Shown in pieces: positions 26,874-39,800 of a stretch of 64,000 nt of DNA (its first letter is position 1; each line of letters starts with the position of its first letter). The position numbers and the translations under genes were made by a program. The stretch is from Phoronis australis. Its lineage: Eukaryota; Animalia; Phoronida. The notes beneath the pieces were generated by a model. The model was not told the origin of the DNA, did not search any database, and saw only the letters and a program-made list of their open reading frames with translations. The DNA is taken from contig NMRA01000318.1 of assembly GCA_002633005.1 (NCBI GenBank), forward strand, positions 273,594-337,593. Direction: 5' to 3'.

Positions 26874-29800
26874 ATGGCTGGTTCTCTTCCACCATTTTCC
26901 AATGGAATTGTCAATCATGTCAAGAGCAGTGAAGATCAGACTATGGAAGAGGTATTACTTTAAGGGCCAATAAAGCTGTGCCTTTAATTCTGTTAAAATC
27001 TTTTGATTTGGGTGGCAATTAGGACACTTACAGTAATTTGTGAAATTGGTGTCATCGTGTTCTTTACTTGGATTAGAAATGATTTCTAGGCTAGAGAAGA
27101 ACTGAGATGTTGTTATTGTTCCAAACGCAAGCCCACTCTTCACGGTGTATTAATTCCAGTCACAATGGCAGTCTGGCCTCCAAAGTAATTCCAAGCAATT
27201 TACTGTTACCAATTTCAAACAAAGGACAAGAACATTATGACTTTGCTTTAGATGAGCAAATTATTATGCTTGCAAAATTTTTGTTTTTAGCCCTGAAACA
27301 TTGTTAATATAGTGACTTCACACAGCTGCCTGATTGTGTTGGAAAAAAGGTCAGTTTTAGAGGTTAAGCTTGGAGTACGCAACTGTGAGGTCCATCGTGG
27401 ACATATATTTCAGTCTCGTTGAGCTACTATTTCTGAGACAATAAAGTGATTTCTCAATACAGCATGTTGACAATATCCTTCCTTTTTGAAGGTGGTCTAT
27501 ATCGTAATGACATGACAGACAAGGAACTAGGTACAATTTTTTGTGCTCTGCATGATATGTTCTGGTGGTGGCCAGGCAGCAATTCATAGATTTTTGAAGT
27601 CCAGTTTGAACTTGTATCTTATCTCGGATGAGCATGCAGTAAAAACTCAAAAGAAGTTTAATGAATTCAAGTAATGACAATTATTCATCTCTTTAATAGT
27701 TCTTAGTCTCTTTCTGATCATGGTACAACTGGAGAGTATGATTGTATATTCTTCTGTGATTTTGGAACCAATTGAGGCTGTGTTACTGTATATCTGATTT
27801 GCCTGAACTCAAGGAAATTAAATTGTATGTACCTGTATGTTGTATTTCATCACTAATATACATTTGTTTTTTCAATACTATTATGTATATATGTCTTAGT
27901 TATAGGCAATACTTTTTGTATGTTTCAGATATTGCGTGCACCGTATGATTACATTTTACAAGTTCCAGGGAAGAAAGTTCGAATGAAACTAGCATCTGTA
28001 AGTAAAGACTGTCTTTAAGAACAATTTTATATTTTGTTCGTTGGCATAATCCTTCCATACATATGGTGTTTTATTAGAACCACTTAAGGACTTGATAGTT
28101 ATGTGTGGCACATGTGCTTGCTTTTCAGGAAATTTTCTAAAGTAAGTAATGCAAGTAAGAGCAGTATATTACTTTTATTTCTGTTCACCCGTGGCAGCTT
28201 TGTGCAATTCTGAACATCAGATAGGCTCCAACTATTGCTGCATTTAGATCTGCCGTTTAAAATCTTTTAAGCATCTTCTCCACGATGTATGAAAGTGATG
28301 GTAATTTTAATTGATTTGTTATTTTTTCATTTATTTGTTATTAGTATTGATCTTATGGGCCCTGTTGGTTATTTTCGTTTTGCCTTATTCTGTTTTACCT
28401 ATTCTTTTGTGTTCACGCAATTGGGTTTATTTTGAGTTTTGGTAAATGTACTATCATAAGCAGAATTGAGAATGTCAATACAAGTGCTTGTCACAGTTTG
28501 TGAGATGTAATGCAATAAGCTCATGCAAAACATGAACCTATCAGGCCAAACTGTTTATTGCAGGCTTTCAACATGTGGTTGAAAATTCCGGCTGAAAAGC
28601 TGCAAGTGATCTCCGAGGTTACACAACTGCTGCACAATGCCAGTCTACTGTGAGTATTACTGTAACCAATTGACCTAATTAAGCTTAATTTTCATTTGCT
28701 CTGGAGTCAAATAGTTGACAAACAGCAGCCTTCCTGTTGCAACATTATCAGCCCATGGTTGAGTGAGGGCATTGCGAGAAACAATTCAAGTTTGAAAAAG
28801 AACCCTGCCATTTTCTTTGTCGCTTTATGCACGCAAAGTTTATTCTTTATTTATTCTTTATTCCTTACGTATACATATTTCATTGAAGAACGAATTGATG
28901 TAAAGACAAGATCTCTGTTTGGAGAAAAGAAAGAATTGAAATTAAACTTGTAAAAACAGATCAAAGTTGTGTCTTCAATGAAATATATACACGAGAAAGA
29001 TTACTGCCAAATTATAGTTATTCCTTACGTGTGAACAATCAGAGCCCAAAGCTTTTTCTACACAAGGTACTTTCGTTAGGCATGGGTTATCACATTGGAA
29101 GGCTTGCAGCAATGTGCTGCAATCTCGAGTGGGCATTTTGCCCTCTCAGGGATTGTCTTGGGTGGGTAAACACAAAAGATGTGATGACTGGGGAGAGAGG
29201 TTAAAACTGTTGTATTGGGGAGAATTCTTATCATTTGCCGCTGTTTTTAGTACCCATTTTTCCGACCATTAAGGTTTTGAGTTGGTTTGAAGTTTGATTG
29301 TGTGGAGGCATAGTCCTATTTGTTATTTGGAAGAGAGCCCTCCTACCCTGGGTTCATTGTTCATTTAACATTCTCTTTGCAAGAACTTTTCAGAACACAG
29401 ATCAAAAAAATAGTGCTTTTTGTACTCGCAAACATTTTTAAGTCTGGTCCGCATGCCACCACATCCCATGACCTTATATGAATATAAGTCTGAAAAGACT
29501 TTTGCCCAGACTGGGACTCAGAACCTGCGACTTTCTACTGACGCTCCAGTTCACTGAGCCATTGGGACCACTGGTCAAACACAGAAATCCTATACAAACA
29601 GGAAGGGCGAGATACACACTATGTCGAATTAGATTTCTGTATTCGACTGCTGGTCCTTATGGCTCAGTGGACTGGAGCATCTGGACAATTAGCAGATGGT
29701 CCTGGGTTCGAGTCCTGGTTGGGGTAGACTTATATTCATTAGGTCACGTAATGTCAGTGGCTAACAGTTGGCATGTGGACCAGACTTAAACATTTTCGCG

Positions 29801-32800
29801 ATCTATGTTCAAATGCCAGTTTAATATTTACATATACTTTCTGTACTTGCAACTCGGGTGTGGTGTTTTACACTGAGTTCAGGAGCTATTCTCAAGATGC
29901 GTGACTGACAGTGGCTAACTTTTGATTTAGATTTTTAAACAATTATGATATTGATCTCAAATTGTTGGAGGTGATTTATGAGTTTGGAAGGAACTGACTA
30001 TTTGGTGCTGCTTGACACAACGCTTTACAAGTTGGCTTGTTACAGTGGGTTATTTTATGGACCGAGTGTGATCTCAAGCAATTACGAACAGTCAATTTTT
30101 TCCAACCCCAGACGCCACTTTTTATGTGAGGTCGGGACAAGACAGTTGAGATCAGATTGATCAGTCTGTGGTAAATGTCCGTTCCCTTGACAGATCACAT
30201 GTTTGCATCTGCTTTAAGGTAAGAAGGTAAAAACAAACATCCAAATGCAAAACGGTAATTCTATTTGGGATAAGATTGCAAGAATAATTAAATTTGACTT
30301 TTTGAGGGGTTTGTGATTGCATTGTGTTATACGATAGCATTAACTAACAGTTTTGCTTCTCTGACATTTAGAAGTTTCCATTACAGAATAGATGACATAG
30401 AAGACAACTCAGATCTCCGGCGTGGTATACCAGTAGCACATAATATTTATGGAGTAGCGCACACCATCAATTCTGCCAACTATATCTACTTTGTGGGTTT
30501 AGAAAAAGTCATTACTCTCGATCACTCAGAGGCAACAAAAGTGTTTTCAGGTAATTGTCCAGTGTCTTTAAGTAAGGGCAATTTCTGCCTCAGCTTTTGA
30601 ATTGTCAAGAAATTTCGTTATGAAACAGTTGCGTGCTCAGAATCTACTACAAAATCTCCCCAGTTTTGTACAGAAATAATTGTAAAAATTGCTGTTTTTT
30701 CATATTTCAAAACCTTCTAAAATTACTTTTAATGCCCACATTTTTCAAAAAAAAATTAGGCCTTGGATGTGGTACAATTGGAGATGAAAAGTAACAATTT
30801 GGTGGTTCTAAATGTTTAGAAAATCGAAGGTAGGGTAAACACTCCCTATTAACTGTTGTAGAGCAAATGAACTATACCAATGTTGGGGTATCTAATAAGG
30901 TTTAAACGGCTTGCAAATCAACAATCAAATGGGCAATAAACAATGAATGAGGTGTCGGGTGAGTTTGCATTGTACATATACCGTCAGGGTGTAAAATCTG
31001 TCTACTGCAACATCTTTACTTCCTAATCTCTAAAACTGATTGTATGTAGAAAGCTCGTCACACTGAATATTTTTTCTACTCGAAGATCTTTACTTGCTGT
31101 GGTCCAACGCTAATTGAATGTATCAAGTCGGTCATGTCATATACTTTGTGACTTTTCAGAACAGTTGTTGGAACTCCACCGTGGTCAAGGGATGGACATT
31201 TACTGGAGGGACAGTTACACATGTCCTTCTGAAGAAGAGTATAAAGCAATGGTCATTCGAAGTAAGCATAACTGGTTATTGTATGTAACTCTGTACGCTA
31301 AGGTAAAGTATCCATGTTTTGTGGCTTTAACACCAGGCCTACTAAAAGTTGAGTGCTTATGCTGTGCCTACAGTGGCCTACATGGCAATACTTTTAATTA
31401 TTTCCTGTTTTGTCGTCTTGGAGCACTAGACGCAGAAAGTACGCTGTTTCATGCAGGTTTACGCAACACTGCACTACTGTGCGCAATGTCTACTCGGTAT
31501 GCCGCACGACGCCACTTTATGCAGGCACGGTGTGAAAGCCTCTTTGGGCTGCTTTCTTTAGACTTGGTGCATGCCACTTAAAAAAGGAATTTTTGTGCGT
31601 TTTATGTCTTGCATGCATCAACACGTATCTTCAAACCATGTATGAATGGTAGCCACCTAGCAGTAGTAGTCTGATATAACGTGCCCATATTTTGAGAACC
31701 AGTTTTCTCCCCTGAACAGCGGGCATCAAACTGGTTCTCAAAATGCAGGCCCGTCATGTCAGGCTATTGTGCATCCAGCAAAGACAATACATTGAAAGCT
31801 TTTCAAGTTTTAAATGAACTTAAAGCAAAAAGTTAAAATCATTTCATCTGTTTTTTTTTAAGTCTTCTAGCAAAATTGGCTTATCCATTTGTATTTTTCA
31901 TCTTTAGCTTGTGCTAGAGTACACCTACTTAGTAACAGTGTCATTACCTAGAATTTACCCAAACATTCCATAACATGGCCCACATCTTTATCCTTTTGTT
32001 TCAGAGACTGGTGGTCTGTTCGGTCTGGCCATTCGCCTCATGCAGCTGTTCAGCGAAAACAAGAACAATTTCAAGCCCCTATCTGACACATTGGGTCTCT
32101 ACTTCCAGATCAGGGACGACTATGCTAATCTTCATTCCAAGGAGGTAAGAAAAGTGCATGCGAGTGAATTCAGAATTTTGTGATGGTGTTGCTCTCAGTG
32201 AATTCTTGTACTTTGGGGCCTTTGAAACAATTTGTTTTATTCAAAAAATAATTTGTATCCATTTCACATTGGTGAGATGAGTTCTTTTTTATTTTAAAAT
32301 ATTTCGCATAATTATGAGCTTCACTTGTGAACTGATGCACGAGTATTTTGAACCTGTGTACATCTTTATCACTGTTATTAGTACTTTAAATGTGCATGTG
32401 TCTTAGATCTAGCAATGTTTGTCTGACTTAACATTTGCATACCACAACTCATATGAAGTCTTAACTTGAAGATAAGCAAACAAATAAACAATATTGCAAA
32501 AATACAAAATTTCTAATCTACAAATCTGCTGGTGTGCTGCGTCGACTTTTGGCCAACTGAAACATGTAACTTATGATGTGACTGAGTGGACAAAATCTCC
32601 TTTTCATCCCATTCCAAGAATACGGTAATTTACTATGTTGGAAAAATCCAAGATTATGGGTTAATTTGCCACTTATTTTGCACAAAAATGGTTCCCAAAA
32701 TGATAATTTTCCATTTTCAATGTCTGATTACCTTTTGCGAAATGGTAACATTTACAAAATGTTTTTAATGACATCTACATGCCTCAAACCACACTAAAAT

Positions 32801-33989
32801 GTTCTCCATCTTCACTTTTGTGGAGAAATTTACTAGTAGAATTTCACATGAAGGCCATATTGTGTTCTAAATAAGCGAAGATTTTATTTACCTAGTTACT
32901 GATTTCAATATTTATAGTACGAAGCTACAAAGAGTTATTGTGAGGACCTGACAGAAGGTAAATTCTCATTTCCACTCATTCACGCCATCACAAAGTCTTC
33001 TCAAGGAAGTCAGCTGATGAGCATTGTACGCCAGCGCACACAGTCGAATGACGTGAAGAAATATTGCGTCGATATCATGGAAAAGGCAGGCAGCTTTGCC
33101 TACACCAAGGCAGTCCTGATCGAACTTGAAGAAAAGTAAGTTTCAGGGCTTGGAATTTTCCTCTTTTAAGAGACAGTATCTCCTTTTTCGTTTTGATTTC
33201 CTCTTATTTCATTTCCAGACAGTTTCTCTTTTTCCATCTCTTTTTTATCATTATTTTGACTTTATCCATGCAAAAAGTATCTTGCAATTAAATTTTATAA
33301 CATAAAATATATTTCTATCACATACGCCTATTTATTTGAAGAACGCTACGTCACCTGGAAAACTTTCCTCTTTTTTGCCATTGGTCATTCCGATCACTGA
33401 ATTTAAAACCTCTTGCACAGAGAAGACCATTTTTCTGATTGAAGTGCTTCCCATAATTTGAGATTACATTAATCAACTAACTAATTAAATTGTCAGTTTT
33501 TCAAATTACAGAATTTTCACCAATTATTATGCATATCACACCTTAAAGATTTGTTTCCACGTAAATTCTGTTTCATGGAAGCAAGATTTTCAAAGCTTAG
33601 GTAGTGCTGGATATGGTTTTAATTCAAAATATTACTTGTAGATAATTTTTTATGAATTCCTCATAAGCCTTTATCTGGTACATACAGGCAAGCGGAATAA
33701 AAACAGGTGTATGAAAGACCTAGTGTTATAATGGTATAAGCACAATGGGATTTTTAGAGAAACTTTCACAATGTTATCATAATTGCAATTTCTGTCACAA
33801 AAGCTCAGTTCCAAAATTCTTAACAAGTCTTAGTTCATGTTTGGAATCTGTACATTAGACATGATGGAAAATTATTCACCGGTTCATCTTTTCAGGGCTT
33901 TGCAACAGATTAAGGACCTCGGTGGCAACGAAGTGCTGACAGCTTTAATTGTAGAGCTCAGGAAACTGTATCGCGAGGAAGAGTGCTAG
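26874..33989 (+). CDS. GGPS1: Geranylgeranyl pyrophosphate synthase, 316 aa
   Basis: Exons 26874-26951, 27929-27997, 28564-28649, 30387-30550, 31160-31261, 32005-32144, 32918-33135, 33896-33989 (951 nt, in phase). Motifs: [34 protein letters not shown] (first Asp-rich motif), [29 protein letters not shown] (second Asp-rich motif), [18 protein letters not shown] at 35872. Confidence 0.96.
29424..29803. mobile_element. Palindromic (foldback) element whose arms contain tRNA-like sequence
   Basis: TTTAAGTCTGGTCCGCATGCCA / TGGCATGTGGACCAGACTTAAA, TGAATATAAGTCT / AGACTTATATTCA and CACTGAGCCAT / ATGGCTCAGTG pair across the centre. The right arm has A-box TGGCTCAGTGG and B-box GGTTCGAGTCC (about 29652-29722). 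Confidence 0.75.
33144..33399. mobile_element. MITE copy 2 (CAGGGCTTGGAA family), inserted 8 bp from a GGPS1 splice donor
   Basis: Homologous to 24357-24580; ends CAGGGCTTGGAAT...ATTCCGATCACTG. Confidence 0.75.
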
Positions 33990-35248
33990 CAACCTCTGGG
34001 CTGTGTGTATCCATGTGCTGACATCTGATCTCGGGAAGTTATCATGTGGCATTGAGTTAGACAAAATCATATATTAAGCCAAGGCAGTTTGGTCAGTCAA
34101 TAAGCGCAGAGCCAAGTATAGACAGGTCCCTCTTTCCTTGCTACCTATTGTTGGCGTGGCTGGCAAAAAGTTGACTTTGTAGCCTTTCTTATGTTGCCTT
34201 TTGAACTCGAGCACACTGAAAGTTATGGAGGTCAACTTACAATTTCCTGAGGGAAAGAAATCGCCATTGACCGAGTATTTGTTCGAGAAATGACCTAAAG
34301 TTTCCCTCTACGCTTGAAAAGTACTTGTAGTGACATGATTTTGATGGTTTAGCCAGGGCTAGGCAGTATCTGCCAAAAAGTGTTTACTGTAGAGAGTCCA
34401 TTGGGCTGAGCATCCGTTGATGCATGGTGGTTTTGATGAGGATATTTCCGCTAAGTCAAGTTATGTTGGGTAAGAATGATGATGTCATTTACCTGACCTT
34501 TATGCTAAGTCACTAATGTGCTGTCATGTTAACCAAAATGGAATCTCATCGTGTTATGTCGGCTGCTTAAAATTGGACCCAACTGTGTGGCCTAAGCATG
34601 CTGGCGTACTGCAGAAGGCACCAGGTCACCTGCCCATCTTCTCTGAAATTGGAAAGGAAATATTTGTCCTTTCTTGACAGGTTCCATCTTAACCAGGGAA
34701 CAGATTTCAAATTTTGTGGCCAAAGCACCATAAGATAAAGTCTCACCAATGTCAGACGAAAACAATTATTTTCAAAATTTCCTTTTTCATTTTTCAAGGG
34801 TACATAACATTGTGAATGTTCACAATTTCTCAAAACAATGTCAGATAATACCTATCATGGTGCAGAAACTGAAGATGGAAAACCATTAACTTGGTGCAAC
34901 ATTTAACAACTGAGAAAATAAAATTTCACTAGTTGGCCATATTGTGTCCTAAATTGTTGAGGTTTTACTGTTGCCCTAGAAATTTCTGACTAGAAACTCC
35001 AGACGAAGTGTAGGATAGAACTTTGTTCGGCAACCATCAGTCTTATAAGACTGGAGTTGCCCTCTGGATGTTTTTCCGTCACGGTTCGGTACACCAAGGC
35101 TGTAACATTATTCGACAAACTGATCAATCACTATCAGTTAATCTCTCAAACGATGTTGTAAATTTGTTGTGAAGAGTGTTTTTTACACACATTGCAAAGT
35201 GTAACATTAGTTGTTTTGCAATGAAACTGATCTATGCTTCTTATACTA

Positions 35249-35606
35249 AGTACCGTCCACACACAGACTAACCCTAGAACAACTTACTCCTGGAACAAGT
35301 CGAGGGCTGTGTGGACGCTATTTAAACTAGTGCAACTTGCACCACTTGTGAAAACCCACTTGTTCTAAGGTAACTTGCTCCTCCTCTAATCGCCGTGTGG
35401 CTGCAAACCTGGGGCAAAGCAAAAGTAATAATCAGCTGCAGTTACATACTGATGGGTTTTCTTTTTCACGCCATTCAGCTATTCATTGTCATGCACAGAG
35501 CGATAATTTCTGGTTTGCTCTAGTTATTGCATATATATGTGTGTGCAGGCGCTTCACTTAAAGTGGGGCAAGTTGTTCTAGGGCAAGTCTGTGTGTGGAC
35601 TGGGCT
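35249..35606. mobile_element. Harbinger-like MITE in putative GGPS1 3' UTR
   Basis: GTCCACACACAGACTAACCCTAGAACAACTT / AAGTTGTTCTAGGGCAAGTCTGTGTGTGGAC inverted ends; CTA/TTA flanks (imperfect TWA-type TSD). Confidence 0.7.
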
Positions 35607-36864
35607 TTAGAAACATACACACCGTCATCCTTATTTCTGTTATGAAACTAAGCTAATGATAGTATTCATTTTATTGATTTTAATTCAATCAGTCTTCATT
35701 GGTACTTCTGATCAGGACATTAATACAGGATTACCTCATTTCCTTCTTGTCATTGTTGTATTGATAACCATGTTCATCTTGGTGCTATATCGTGTAATGC
35801 TAGTTGTACTTGATTTAGTCATTGTTTGAACTATGTTGCTGTTTTGCTTCGCATTAAGTCAATCATGGATTAATAAACTATACAACATGTAACAATAATA
35901 GTTTTTGTTTCCAAAATAGCAAAAATCATTTTTAGATAATTTCACTTTCGACTGACCATTACGCTCGTATTTTTGAAACCTCGAGTATTAAATTGGAAAG
36001 AGCTGTGGATTTGTCATAAAAATAACTAATCAGGGTCATGTTGTGTGTTAAACACACGGAACATACTCTTGGACTGATGAAAACTAATGGAATTAAAACT
36101 TGCCATACTACATAATTGTTGATGTGTGTTCTGCACGATTTGGCCAATGGTATATAGACGTTTTGAAAATCTCAAATAATGCCTTGCAGCATTAAGCAGT
36201 CAATGTTAAAATTTTAACTGAAGCGCTTTGGTGTTTAAAAACTTTTCCACGCTCCTCCAACTTTGAATTCTGAATGAGCCAGCACAGGGAATGTGTAGTT
36301 GTGCCATTTTTGAATTTAGGAATGGGCAACTGCAATAAACAATGAAGAGTTTTCTCGAGTCACTGAATGTTCTTGTTGTTAACGAAAACGGAATTTTATG
36401 ACCATAAGGGATATTACGTATTACGAGTTTTTTAATGCAGCCTAAAAAGAAAAGTGGGGAAAATTTTCCATCTTGTTGCATAATCGCGCAGAAAACCCAC
36501 CAGGAGGTCCTTCAAGCCTCAGGTGGATTTTAGTTGTGAAGGGTTAGCACCATGACGATAAGGAAGTGAGACAAACAGTCCTGCTTTGTGTCTCGCAAAA
36601 GATCGATTAAACAAAAATACTGTGATTATGATGTTTCCAACATCTCTCCTGCTGAAAACAGAAATGATGGCATATCAGATACCATTCAGAGATAAAATTA
36701 GCAACAAAGAAATACTCAAAAGTTTTTATTGACATGGATTCAGAAATGCAAAATATCTTAACTGATGATACTCAATCGTAACACCACGTAATTTTAAAGC
36801 AAACTATCTGTTCTCTCTCATTCCTAAACAGTGTTTTGAATGCTAGTAAGGTTTGTCTATTCAA

Positions 36865-39800
36865 TCAGAAGTCCGGTAGCTGTCCTTCATTTTCAGTATG
36901 GTACAAAATATCCCGGAGTGTGTTCTCCACGCTTGTTAATGAGGCTGCTTCGCTCATCTGCAACGAAACAAAAATGTCATGACAACGGATATGTGCATTT
37001 CACATCCACCTGGGCAACACAACGCTTCACCAGGGCCCGGGTTTAATCTTAGAACTCAAAATCAAACTCTGAACTATTTTTGACATTTCAAATTCCACTT
37101 TTGAGTGGGCTCAAGATACGCGTCTATTGTTCTGTTTTCAAGTACATTATGGTTAAGAAAGGTAATTGTCATAATCTGATTCACATTTGATGACCATAGC
37201 ATTATCGCTGTAAGTTTGAGTCTGCATGGCTGCTTAAAAGCAAAAATTTGGAAATTTCAGGGGTGGGCATTAACCCATAAATAGGGGCTAACCCGACTGA
37301 GTACAGTACATTTCTTTGTGTCAGCAAGAACCATAGATTGTGTGATTGAACACGTTACAGACACATGTAGCAGTTGTATGTGCAGTGAATTACATGACAG
37401 TGTGTCCAAAGATTCAAAGGTGGTGAGTTTTTGTTGTGAGCACAATGATAATTGTATAAGCTTTAGTGGTAAGTGCAGTTTATTTTCGAGTGCGACACAC
37501 TGCTCATCCCTAAGTACGCTTGGTAAAGGCAAATAAAAATTTGAAACTGCATCAGAAACAAATTTCCAAATTATCTGTACAATTAATTCCTTTAATTCAA
37601 CTACATCAAATTAAAAAATTTCCATCCAGTACCCACCGGTTGAAAGTCCAAATCTTTGGGCTGGAACTTGAAACTTGGTCCATAATTTGCGGTGACCTGT
37701 GAAAAATAAAAACATTAAATAACCAGTGAGTTTGGTGATGCCAGACACTAAACATAAACACATTCAGTTTACTGGTAATTCACAGTACAGTCAAACCCAA
37801 ATGTTTAGATTGGAAACCTGATAAAAGTGATACAAAATTGTCAATGTGGGACTGTTATGTCTTTGATACAAATGTGTTTATTAAATTGTCTTCTTGATGG
37901 AGTTTAAAGGAAGTGTTGTTATTTATGATAAAACATGATTCATAGAGACACACTTTCATATGAATTCCTGGCTTTAATCATAAGGGAATTGTTTTTTTTT
38001 TTGAAGGAATTTTGGTCAATTTGGCGTATTTTACTTAATCTGCAAGATATTTTGAGAATTTTAGGAGTGGATTTCTATTAAAAACAAAAAATAAGTAGAA
38101 GTATTTGCCTGATTAGATGTGTAACTTCAGGTTTAAAGAATTCTTTTTTAATTTCGGTTTAATAGTGCGGGTTCAAAATGCACTTTGTGGTAACTAAAAT
38201 TTGTTAATTAACCAAAATGGCTTCCAAAGGCGTAAACAAATGTTCCCCTTCAAGAATGCATACAAAATTTCTAAAGTGCTTTTCTTGAAGTATGCAAGTT
38301 TTCTCCATCTTTGTAAAGAATCAGTTGAGACAGTATTCTATCTTGAATTTGAATTCACCCACTGACTAGATGGAAAAAAAACATGTCTCTTTGAAAATAT
38401 TGAATGCACGGCTCATTAGAAATATGCAGAAACAGTTAATTCACATTGAAACGCATCTAGGATAACTAGTAATTCTCAATAATGTTAGGAAAACTAACAC
38501 CAAAAGGTTTCCTGTTTAAAATGCTTATTAGAATGATTTACATCATAAAATAATTGCAGCATATTGAGCTAGAGTGATTTGAACGAAAAAATAAACAGAA
38601 TCTAAACAAACATCAGATGCCAAATAATTTTCCAAGCCAAGATAATAATTCATTCAAGATAGGAAACGAAATAATTGCTCAATGCAGTTTTTGACGAATT
38701 GTAACGAGAAAGTTGTCCAATTTGAAGCAACATTTTGCCGCCGTTTAGCAGTCAAATTGATATCTTAACAAGAATAATAATTTAGGGTTTAAAAATATTA
38801 CACAATTTTTGCCAATGAGGTGACAGCTTTAGTCACAGGCGATGCGTACATGCACCATTCTGAATGCGCAATTTTAGGATTGGCCAACACTAATAAACTC
38901 AAAACCTTCTTCTTGAGTCACTGATGGATTTGATGTTTTTGTTAGTAACAGAATAACTATCAAGTTAAGGAATGTTATGAATGACTTAATTTATTTCAAA
39001 TTTTGGCAGCTAAACATTGAAGAAATGATGCCTTAACTGCAGAAGCAAAGAGCAGTTTTGCTCTCCCTAAAACTAGGCCTCAGAAACACCCATACAACGA
39101 AGCATTCAAAACGACTGTGTCAGAAGATGCCTTCTAATGTACATCCATCTGTCAACCTACCGTGGCATTTTTGTACAGGGAGATTGCTGGATAATAGTAA
39201 CCACTATAGATGTCTGTGAACGCCTCACCTTGGTTGACACCATTTTTAAAGAAAATTACCTGCAACACAACAACACAAACAACTTATCACGTATGATTCC
39301 AGTTATAACACACTGATGCAGTACCCATACGGGCAGAACTTTTATTTCCAGAATTTTGACATAAAACTCCCGCAAGCATTCTAAGCCCCACACAAACTAA
39401 AACAACAAAACTAAAACTGGAATAAATTAAGTTAGCGCTGGTGAATCTTCCCTGTTGAACCAATCGATGCACTTCATACGGCCCACAGTTTTATCATGTG
39501 TCCGAGTAGTCAAGATTCATGGTAACTCTCTGTATTAAGCATATAAGCAATGCAAACCATTGAATAGCTCACTTGTGAGTTTCCAGTTAGTCAATGTGAC
39601 ATCACCGGAAGAGGAGCAAAACCCGCCATATTGTTCTTGTTTTGCCCCGAGTCTTTGCTACACACGCGAAATCTTACTGGAGTTCTTACAGTGAATTTTA
39701 CGCTTAAAACGTCAACACGATTTAGGGGATGGTCGATGGATCGTGAAATAACTGTGAATGAACGAAGAAAATGTGAACTTGTTATGTTGTGCGAAGCTGT

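Noticed and set aside
39573-39630. Apparent minus-strand promoter/first exon (ATGGCG, CCGGAAG, GTGAG donor)
   Set aside because: It lies in the inverted end of a transposon-like element, and ASH2L continues upstream to 63861 and beyond.
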